Shown: positions 37,641-45,543 of the stretch, piece by piece
Layout of the letters: every line of letters begins with the position of its first letter
How positions within the stretch are numbered: position 1 is the first letter of the stretch
The notes under the pieces: generated by a model
What the model was told of the DNA's origin: nothing
Seen by the model: the letters and a program-made list of their open reading frames with translations, nothing else
The model's database searches: none
Made by a program: the position numbers and the translations under genes
Origin: a virus
Length of the DNA stretch: 64,000 nt
IMG/VR virus record: IMGVR_UViG_3300042448_001253
Location: 32,001-96,000 of that record
Reading direction: 5' to 3' (one strand)

Positions 37641-40600
37641 GAGTCAGGGCCAATCAGTTTGTCGGGCTTGTAACCAATCCTCTTAATATCGCCATTAGCA
37701 TCTTTATACATAACGGCAACAACTGGCTCATCTTCAGCTGTAGTTATCTTGACTTTTACTACTGAACCTAGAGCATTACCCTTGGTATCATAGATAGTGT
37801 CTCCAGCCACTAGCTGAGTGGCCTGTTTAGTTAGCCCGTTAGGGACTACTTCAACAGTCTCTGAGCTATCGTCCTGAGGGATGCCATCGGAGCCAAGAAG
37901 TCTAATTCTTCTTTTCTCTGTACGACGAGACAAAGCTCGTTGACGTCTGTCGGCAAATTCTTGGCCACCACGCTTAAAGGCTAGAGGTACGTTTCTATCC
38001 CAGCCCGTATATTCACTTACTGGAGTGCTAGGGTCTACTATCCTCATTCTAGTCGCCGCTAGGTCAGAGTTCTCTGTACGTAGTTTTCCAGTTTTAGGGT
38101 CCAGGAACTGCATTCTAACGAAGTCGTCGTTTCCTCTAGGGCCGCTCTGTCTTCTCAGGCCTACAATGATACCGACAACCTTCTCGCCTGTGTTGGTGGT
38201 CCATTCAGCCTTGTCTCCACGCTTTGCAACTACGATACCGCTACCAGAAACGTGAGGGAATCTCATCTCGTTTTCTACTGACCACTTCTTGTCAGCATTT
38301 TTCACGTAGTTAGTAACAATAGCGGATAGCTTCTGAAGAGCTTTAGTACGCTGAGTACCGGTAATACCGCTCCTGTCCAAATCTTCTTTAAGCATTTGAC
38401 GAAGGAACTTCATTACTATCTTTTTAGCTTCAGCACTGTCTTCGGGTAGTAGGTTCATAAGTTCTTGGAACCTATCTCTACCATCCGTGCGGTTAGAGCT
38501 CTTCATAGCGTCTATCATTGACTGAACTTTACTACGCTCTATGTTACCGACAACTATATCTGTAGTAGTGTTTTGACGTTCAGATTCACCGTCTAGGCTA
38601 ATAGCTATCTTCTCTTCTAGAGTTAGCATACGCATATCCTGTAGAGTGTGAGCAGCGTTCATCTCGGTTAAATCGCCGTTATACTTATTCTTTAGTTCGT
38701 CCAAGATAGTAGCTTTTTGCTCTTTATTCGTCATCTTGTTGATGTCGTCTAAGGTTCTGCCCGTCTTGTTATACTTTCCACGCCAGTATGTCATCTTGCG
38801 TTTCCAGTCGCCACCATAGTTGAAGTAGGCCTTGTCTCCAGTAAACTTATCTCCAGGATTTACCTTAGCTCCGCCTCCGGAAGCAGGTCTTAGAGTTCCA
38901 GCAAAGAACTGAGCCATCTTCTCGATACCATTGGTCTTACCATGAATAGCACTGTAAGTATCTCTGTAGTCGTGAGAGATAAAGTCTTTTACCTCTCCTG
39001 TTGCTAAGTCAGTAAATCTGTTTACAACTAAGAACTGGTTTCCAATAGTACGCTTGACGATAATCTCGTGTCTAGCCTTGCCACCGTCGATTGTTTGACG
39101 GTGAGTTATAAATCCTCCGGTAAAATCGTCGTCAGGGTCTGCTATGTAGTGACCATCTGGGTAGTCTTCTTCAAGCTGAGACTGGATTCTATCTCCATTG
39201 GCTTCGGTGCCTCTAGCTTTATTTCCACTGCCTTTAGTTTCTTGCATTTCAGCTTCGCTACGAATAGCAGGTTTCATGTCTCTATCGTGAACTTCAGGGA
39301 GAGGTTTATCTTCTCTTACAGGGTTCTTAGCTAGGTAGTAGTCATTGACTTCATCGATAAGGTCTTGGATTTCGCCCTCATCCTGGAAGTCGCCATCCTG
39401 CATAGCATTGTACGCATCCATTAGACGTTCACGCAAATCTTCGTCTTCAATCGGGTCGCCTGAGTCCATAGCATCTAGGTCTTCTAGAATATCCTTTTGC
39501 TCTTCAGAGATAGGGTTTCCAGTAGCATCTGCGTCCGGTCTAGGAGTTACAGGGGTAGTGTTAACGTCAGAGCCTTCTAGGAATCTCTTGCTCTTAGCTT
39601 CGCCGTTGCTATCAGTGTAGTTAACAGTAACCTTACCGTTGTCACTAGAAACACTGTCTACAGTTCCGGAGGTTCCGTTAGCGTTGTAGATTGTGTCGCC
39701 AGGAACTAGAGACTCTGCCTTCTTAGTTGGAGGGGTTAAGTCGTCTGGTCCATCAGGTCCCTGACCTCCAGGTGCAACCTGAGGGCCATCAGGAGGTCCA
39801 GGAGGGCCTGCAGGGGCTCCGGCTGGTTCTGCCTGTGGGGTAGGTACAACAACTGGTTCTGCAATTTCAGCAGGCTGAGTAGGGGCAACTGGTTCTTTAG
39901 GAGCAATTGCTTTTTCAGGCTTCGGAACCTTGCTGTATTCCTTATCTTCCATAAACTTAGTTGTAGAGACTTTTCCGTTAGAGTCTACAACTTCGGCCTT
40001 AGTGTACATTCTAAAACGATTGTCAACGCTTTTTTCTAGAATCTTTCTAACAGTTCCAATCTCGACGCCATCGGCATTCCAGACTGTGTCTCCAACTTCA
40101 ATGTTGTCATGGTCAGCTGGCTTTGCGTTCTTCGGAACAGTAGCTTCTTTGGGGACAATAGTATCTGGGGTAGGGATAGATACTGCAGGACCTGCGGTAG
40201 GCCCGTCTTCGATAGATTCGTCTCCAGGCTCGCCATGAACGACTCTGCGGACAGAGCTGCCTGGGGATGAGTTAAACTCTCTAAAAACACCATCTCTATC
40301 TTGACCGCTGACTGTGGCAACGCCCTTATCGTTAAACTCGATGTCGTCTACCCTCATAAGTTCATCGGTGTCAGGGTTGGTTATAAAATCTCCAGGTTCG
40401 ATTTGTGATACCGGAACAGGGCCCTTTTCAACAATAGGGCGGTCAAAATCTGAAGTATCTACATCAGGACCTAAGTCCTCTTCGATTGGGTCTAGAGTGA
40501 CGTCACCTAATAGGTCTTCTTCGTCATCACCATCAGCTATGTCAGTTTGCACAGCATCTAGGTCTGGAGCTGGCTTTCCAGCCATAGCATCTTTTACAAG

Positions 40601-41986
40601 TCTGTCTGCTCTTCTTTTGTAGACGTCATCATTTGAAGTATTGATTCCGGCTTTATATAGAGCTTCCTCTAAAACTCCACGGGCAGAGATTAGTGTTTCT
40701 CTGTTAGAGTTTCCGTCGCTGTAGCTTAGAGGGCTACCGTCAGGGTTAGTGCCTGTTCTAAGTGGAAGAGCGTCCGCAATATTCTGTAGTTTCTCTGAAC
40801 CAGAAGTGCTTGGGTCATTAATAGCGTCTAATGCGGACTTGTAAAAGTCTGGGTTTTTAACAGCAGCTTCATTAAGAATAGTCTTCATCGCATCTAGACC
40901 CTCAGGTGAGGACAGAGCGTCTACATCTCCACTTGCAAGAGCAGGGAATCTTTGTCTCCAAGAATCTCTAGCTGCGGCTGCCTCATCGCCCATAACATCT
41001 AACGCGTCAGCGTCTGGGGTTGGCTTTGCAGCTTTTCTAGAAATAGGCTCTACACCAAAGAATTTGTCCATGACGTCATCTACGCTGTTGTAGCCTGGTC
41101 CGCTATCAAGCTTTTCAAACATTCCGCGTGAGTTTCGTCTATCTGCAGCGGTGTCGTACTCGTAGTCAGAGTTAGCACCGTCAGCGTAAAGTTCCCACTT
41201 TCCAGCTCTATTCTGCTTTAGGCGATAATTGTTTGAGCCATCTTTGTAATCCCAGATGCCACTTCCAGGGGAAGTTTCTTTTAGGCCTTTATATTTATTT
41301 TGAGGTCGGTCTGTAGCAAGCTGGAACATGCCGCCTTCATCCCTCGTGACGCCATTCTCATCCATATATTCTTGAACGCTCTTACGGCCTTCAGCAAGGT
41401 CAGCTTCAGTTACGTCGTCTAGCTGTGCAACTGCCTTACCTTCAGCTGACTCTTTGTAAGCTGAAAGCTGTCTACCTTCTGGAGAGTTGATTCCATCATT
41501 GACGAGGCGGAGGTCGTCTTCGGTGATTGGGCTAGGGTCTAGGTCTTCGATGTTTGGAAGGTCAGGTGAGGATTCGATTGAGTTTAGAGAGTCTCCACCA
41601 GCATCCGGGTCGATTCCCTTAGAACGTAGATACTCGTCTGGAAGAGTTCCACCAATAAGGTCAACGTGCTTGGTCAGCAGTTCGTACATGCCATCAGGGA
41701 TACCCTTGTCCGCCATGCCCTGAATAAGCATACGTACTGTATCTGAGCTTCCGGCAGAACCTAGTGCTCGTCCAATTACTGAAACAACCTGACCAGAGAC
41801 TTTTAGGGCAGAGCGAATCTCTGCACCCATCTCAATCCACTGACCAGCACCTCTTCTACGCTTTGGAATACGTGGCTGGATACGCCAGAATCCCTTGTTA
41901 GCACCATCATTGAAGCCGATGCCAGCAGTGAGCGGGTTGATGTTCTCGTCGTCGCCGTTGAACAAGTTTTCTAGATAACCAGACAT
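37628..41986 (-). CDS. Large acidic head-cluster protein with about five small beta-barrel repeats
   Basis: 1452 aa. Repeats such as SLVPGDTIY…GTV..V and QLVAGDTIY…GSV.KV; Pro-rich linkers; RBS AGAAGGA. Confidence 0.75.
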   Translation of the reverse strand: MSGYLENLFNGDDENINPLTAGIGFNDGANKGFWRIQPRIPKRRRGAGQWIEMGAEIRSALKVSGQVVSVIGRALGSAGSSDTVRMLIQGMADKGIPDGMYELLTKHVDLIGGTLPDEYLRSKGIDPDAGGDSLNSIESSPDLPNIEDLDPSPITEDDLRLVNDGINSPEGRQLSAYKESAEGKAVAQLDDVTEADLAEGRKSVQEYMDENGVTRDEGGMFQLATDRPQNKYKGLKETSPGSGIWDYKDGSNNYRLKQNRAGKWELYADGANSDYEYDTAADRRNSRGMFEKLDSGPGYNSVDDVMDKFFGVEPISRKAAKPTPDADALDVMGDEAAAARDSWRQRFPALASGDVDALSSPEGLDAMKTILNEAAVKNPDFYKSALDAINDPSTSGSEKLQNIADALPLRTGTNPDGSPLSYSDGNSNRETLISARGVLEEALYKAGINTSNDDVYKRRADRLVKDAMAGKPAPDLDAVQTDIADGDDEEDLLGDVTLDPIEEDLGPDVDTSDFDRPIVEKGPVPVSQIEPGDFITNPDTDELMRVDDIEFNDKGVATVSGQDRDGVFREFNSSPGSSVRRVVHGEPGDESIEDGPTAGPAVSIPTPDTIVPKEATVPKNAKPADHDNIEVGDTVWNADGVEIGTVRKILEKSVDNRFRMYTKAEVVDSNGKVSTTKFMEDKEYSKVPKPEKAIAPKEPVAPTQPAEIAEPVVVPTPQAEPAGAPAGPPGPPDGPQVAPGGQGPDGPDDLTPPTKKAESLVPGDTIYNANGTSGTVDSVSSDNGKVTVNYTDSNGEAKSKRFLEGSDVNTTPVTPRPDADATGNPISEEQKDILEDLDAMDSGDPIEDEDLRERLMDAYNAMQDGDFQDEGEIQDLIDEVNDYYLAKNPVREDKPLPEVHDRDMKPAIRSEAEMQETKGSGNKARGTEANGDRIQSQLEEDYPDGHYIADPDDDFTGGFITHRQTIDGGKARHEIIVKRTIGNQFLVVNRFTDLATGEVKDFISHDYRDTYSAIHGKTNGIEKMAQFFAGTLRPASGGGAKVNPGDKFTGDKAYFNYGGDWKRKMTYWRGKYNKTGRTLDDINKMTNKEQKATILDELKNKYNGDLTEMNAAHTLQDMRMLTLEEKIAISLDGESERQNTTTDIVVGNIERSKVQSMIDAMKSSNRTDGRDRFQELMNLLPEDSAEAKKIVMKFLRQMLKEDLDRSGITGTQRTKALQKLSAIVTNYVKNADKKWSVENEMRFPHVSGSGIVVAKRGDKAEWTTNTGEKVVGIIVGLRRQSGPRGNDDFVRMQFLDPKTGKLRTENSDLAATRMRIVDPSTPVSEYTGWDRNVPLAFKRGGQEFADRRQRALSRRTEKRRIRLLGSDGIPQDDSSETVEVVPNGLTKQATQLVAGDTIYDTKGNALGSVVKVKITTAEDEPVVAVMYKDANGDIKRIGYKPDKLIGPDSPKA

Positions 41987-42080
41987 TGAAATCCTTCTAT
42001 ATTTTTAAAGGCGTGGGAGTGTATCCCAATAATTTTTTACCTAGTAAAAGTGTATAGAAGTTTTGAGGGGGCTATTTGGA

Positions 42081-43199
42081 TTAGGAAATGATTTCGTTCA
42101 GTGGAATGAAACGAGGGTCCTCATCGTCTAGGTCTTTTAGAGTCCAGTAGGTAGCAGAGAACTGAGCCCAGCGGGATGCCATCTCTTCGGTTGGGTTAGA
42201 GATGTCTTCGCTAGCTTCCCAGTAAGAGAAATCGTTTTCCCACTTGTGGTTGCCTTCTAGAAGCTTTTCGATGTAGGAAGATGAAGCACCAGCAAGAATA
42301 GCGGTCTGAATAGAACCTTTCTCGTCATCGTACTTTTCCATCGCACTGGCAGCAATTGCACGTAGGTCTACTGGGAACTCAGGGTCAACTAGGTTTGTAA
42401 CTGCATCTTGGAATGCAGCAAACTCTGCTCTAGCGTACTCTGTGTATGGGTCTGCCGGGGCACCGCTCTCTAGTAGAGATAGGCTTCTCTGGTAATCCTC
42501 GTTCTTAGCAAGTTCACGTGCGATTCTGTCTCTAGAGTCGCCACGGTAAATCATACGAGCTAGTCTGTTCTGCTCTACGTCAAACGGGTGTGCACCAGAC
42601 GCAGTTAGAGACTGCTGCTGAACAACAATGTTGAGTAGGTGGGCACGGCTCTCTTCGTAAATGTTGTCGTGGTCAGGGAGCTCAGCGTCAGGGGAAATAG
42701 CAGCAGTAAGAGGTGTGTTGTATTTGAATACTGTGTCAGCAATTTTGCCAGACGCAGTTAGTGCCATCAAACGAATCTCTGCGTGAACACGCTCGATTGA
42801 ACCCTCTGGGTGTAGGTAAGCAGCAGCAACAACTGGGCGTAGCTCTTCTGGAAGTTCAGGGTCAGCTGCAACCCACTTAGCACGCTGAGTGCGTAGTTCG
42901 TCTGTGCTTAGAACGTGCTCGCCCTCAAAGAACGGGTGGCGTGGTGCTAGTAGGTCGAAGTGGTTTACTCCGGCACTCGCAACAACTCCTCTAGTTGCTA
43001 GGTCGATATAGTTGTTTACTTCTTTGCGGATAGCAAAGTTGCGAGCTTCAATGTTGCTGCCAGTAGTTGCAGCATACGCACGCTTGATTACAGTGTTTAG
43101 AGCACCTGCGTCTAATCTACGCTCTGGTAGTAGACCTTCGTTTGTCGAGTTGAAAATCTCGATTATCTCTTGACGGGTTAGCATTTGGTTTTCGCTCAT
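42081..43199 (-). CDS. Hypothetical head-cluster protein
   Basis: 372-aa helical ORF coupled to its upstream gene, with several LTA(S/A) motifs. Confidence 0.65.
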   Translation of the reverse strand: MSENQMLTRQEIIEIFNSTNEGLLPERRLDAGALNTVIKRAYAATTGSNIEARNFAIRKEVNNYIDLATRGVVASAGVNHFDLLAPRHPFFEGEHVLSTDELRTQRAKWVAADPELPEELRPVVAAAYLHPEGSIERVHAEIRLMALTASGKIADTVFKYNTPLTAAISPDAELPDHDNIYEESRAHLLNIVVQQQSLTASGAHPFDVEQNRLARMIYRGDSRDRIARELAKNEDYQRSLSLLESGAPADPYTEYARAEFAAFQDAVTNLVDPEFPVDLRAIAASAMEKYDDEKGSIQTAILAGASSSYIEKLLEGNHKWENDFSYWEASEDISNPTEEMASRWAQFSATYWTLKDLDDEDPRFIPLNEIIS

Positions 43200-45043
43200 T
43201 ATAGGGTGCCTTTCTTAGGAAGTAGGTCAGCGTCAGGGCTGTTGTAAAGAGCAGATGCAAGAACGGCTGCACGCTCAAATGGGTTTTCGTTATTCTTGAT
43301 TCCACGAATCCAAGCAGCACGAATTGCTGGGATGGTTTCGTATCCGAGACCAGAGTATTCCGCTAGTGCAAATACTGCGTGCTCTTGAGACTCGTACTCA
43401 TCCTCAGGGAGAATGGATACAGTCAAAGCTTCTTCATACTTAGTCAAACCAGAGGCAGTCATACCTTCTGAAGACATAGAGGATTTAGAGTGTGTTGTTG
43501 GTAGTAAATCGTTGTCTGCTGTGTAGCTGCTGTTTTTTGGTTCGCCAGCTTTTAGCAAGTGTGAGAAAGCAGCAACACGAGACATTGCTAGCTTATCACG
43601 CTCTTGGTCCGGTTTGCCAGAGGCAGCAAAGGCTCCAGCACCACGGCGATAAACAGCCTTGAACATGTCTAGGGTTGCTAGACAGCTCTCGTCTGCTGTG
43701 GCGTTGTGCTCTACGAGCTTTTGACGTAGGGAGAGTTCGGTACTCCTTGAGTAGCGAATCTTTTTAGGGTTTGACATTACGGTCTCCAAGTTCGGTCCTT
43801 TGCTAGGTTTCTTGATGGCTCCCTTTACTAGAACTGGAAGGATGGTTCCGGCTCCTCCAGATGCAACTGCAGCCTCTTCTTCGGCGTATCTGTAAACTTT
43901 AGCTCTAATCGATTCTTTACCTTGAAGTCTGTGAGCAACTGTTCTGTGGTGGCCGTCGATAACTCGAGCCCCATCCTGAGTCATCCAAACCTTGATTGGT
44001 TTGTCAGAGTCATATACGTCTTCAACTCTACGCATGTTTACTGTTCTCTGAGTTGGGGAGAGGTCGCTAAGCTTCATGTCATACTCGTCGTATGGCTCGT
44101 CTTCTTCGCAACGAGACTTTACTCTAGGGCTCATTTTCTTGTAAGACTTGTTGAAGTAGACGCCAGTGTTGACATCTTTATCTTCGCCAATAGGAGCCTT
44201 AGATACGTCAACTACGCCATCCGGGATTACAGCAAAACGGCACTTGCCTTCAGACTCAACTTCAAAGTCAATAATAGCACATTCGGAGCCGCCGCGGTAG
44301 AGAACGCAGTTCCCACACTTGACGCCCATGGAAGCGTATTCGTTTTCTGCAGCTGGCTTGTAGCCTGCCCAGATTCCAGTTCTGTCTTCGTTGAACTTTC
44401 CGTGCTCTTCAGCAATTTCGATAAGAGCATCAGCTAGGTCCCACTCTTCTTCAACGATATATCCTGCAGCAGCGATAGCCTCTTCTGCTGTCTGGTCTTC
44501 GTCTACTACAGGACCGCCGACTGCCCAGGCATTACAGGTTCTAGATGCAGCACACTTGAAGTCAAGAGCGGTGCAATAGCCAAGCTCAGCTTTGTCAATC
44601 GCACCCCAAGCACTGTCGTCTCCTGAACCACCTTCAGCGATTCCAGTTTCGATACACTCTAGGGTCTTCTGACGGATGTCAAAGAATACGCAGTTACCAC
44701 AGATGCTCTTTTTAGATTCTTCAGGAGATACAGACCACTTGTCTGCTTTGTCTTGCCAGAACTCAGTGCTAGGCTCTTTTGGATTTAGAGGCCCGTAGCC
44801 AACGTTGTCAATAGCGTTTTGTCTGTTGTTGATGTTTAGAACAATGTCTTGAGTAGCAGGAGGACACTCGTCCCCGTAATCAGCGTCAGCGGTAAGTGCG
44901 GTGTCTGGTACGCAGTTAGGTACCATCTTTCCGTTCTTCTCTTTCATGCCGATTTGCTTATAGCCTTTCCAGCACGGGTCGTCCGCTGATGCGTTCATTG
45001 CATCAGGGCTAATCGGAATGCTCTCTAGAAAGTAGTCAGACAT
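43199..45043 (-). CDS. Multidomain head-cluster protein with Cys-rich modules and a ParB/Srx-like domain
   Basis: CWKGYKQIGMK…VPNCVP; CPPATQD…CGNC…GYC…CAASRTC; KCGNC…C…KCRFAVIP; ParB-like …VIDGHHRTVA…; KAVYRRGAGAF…DNDLLP domain. Confidence 0.7.
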   Translation of the reverse strand: MSDYFLESIPISPDAMNASADDPCWKGYKQIGMKEKNGKMVPNCVPDTALTADADYGDECPPATQDIVLNINNRQNAIDNVGYGPLNPKEPSTEFWQDKADKWSVSPEESKKSICGNCVFFDIRQKTLECIETGIAEGGSGDDSAWGAIDKAELGYCTALDFKCAASRTCNAWAVGGPVVDEDQTAEEAIAAAGYIVEEEWDLADALIEIAEEHGKFNEDRTGIWAGYKPAAENEYASMGVKCGNCVLYRGGSECAIIDFEVESEGKCRFAVIPDGVVDVSKAPIGEDKDVNTGVYFNKSYKKMSPRVKSRCEEDEPYDEYDMKLSDLSPTQRTVNMRRVEDVYDSDKPIKVWMTQDGARVIDGHHRTVAHRLQGKESIRAKVYRYAEEEAAVASGGAGTILPVLVKGAIKKPSKGPNLETVMSNPKKIRYSRSTELSLRQKLVEHNATADESCLATLDMFKAVYRRGAGAFAASGKPDQERDKLAMSRVAAFSHLLKAGEPKNSSYTADNDLLPTTHSKSSMSSEGMTASGLTKYEEALTVSILPEDEYESQEHAVFALAEYSGLGYETIPAIRAAWIRGIKNNENPFERAAVLASALYNSPDADLLPKKGTL

Positions 45044-45051
45044 GGGGTATC

Positions 45052-45540
45052 TTACATGCCCAACTTAACGCTTGCACCTAGCTGCCAGTTCCACTTCTGG
45101 TGCATGTCAATGCGTCCAGCTAGTGTGTCGGCGATGCCTTGCTCGTTGCAGTTGTTTGCAACATTGAAAGCTTTCTTTAGGCACTTTAGAATAGATGCGT
45201 TTACATCGTATAGAGATAGAAGCATGGCAGCAGAGTCAGAAGAAATTCTGGCTGGCTCACGAACATCTGAAATCTCAACAAAGTCTGTTAGTAGGTACGG
45301 AGCGTCGTAGCCTAGCTTGCGAATGCTTTCGCCTAGCGGGTCAATAGCACTTTCGTAGTCTTCGTAAATCTCTCCAAAGAAATCGTGCAACTGAGAAAAC
45401 TCGATGCCCTTTACATTCCAGTGGTAGCCCTGAGCAATGAACTTAGCAAGTACTGTGCTGCTTAGGCAGATAGCAAGATGCTTAGCTAAGTCGGTATTAC
45501 CTTTGTAATCATCGTTTAGTTCTAGGTCTAGATTATTCAT
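45052..45540 (-). CDS. dps: Dps/ferritin-like DNA protection protein
   Basis: AQGYHWNVKGIEFSQLHDFFGEIYED…D.LGESIRKLG…HQKWNWQL, the Dps signature. Confidence 0.9.
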   Translation of the reverse strand: MNNLDLELNDDYKGNTDLAKHLAICLSSTVLAKFIAQGYHWNVKGIEFSQLHDFFGEIYEDYESAIDPLGESIRKLGYDAPYLLTDFVEISDVREPARISSDSAAMLLSLYDVNASILKCLKKAFNVANNCNEQGIADTLAGRIDMHQKWNWQLGASVKLGM

Positions 45541-45543
45541 TTA

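Noticed and set aside
37700-40440. Intein/Hint domains suggested by A..L..GD motifs in the 1452-aa protein
   Set aside because: No N-terminal Cys/Ser block A and no C-terminal HN motif; the repeats are only about 55 aa.
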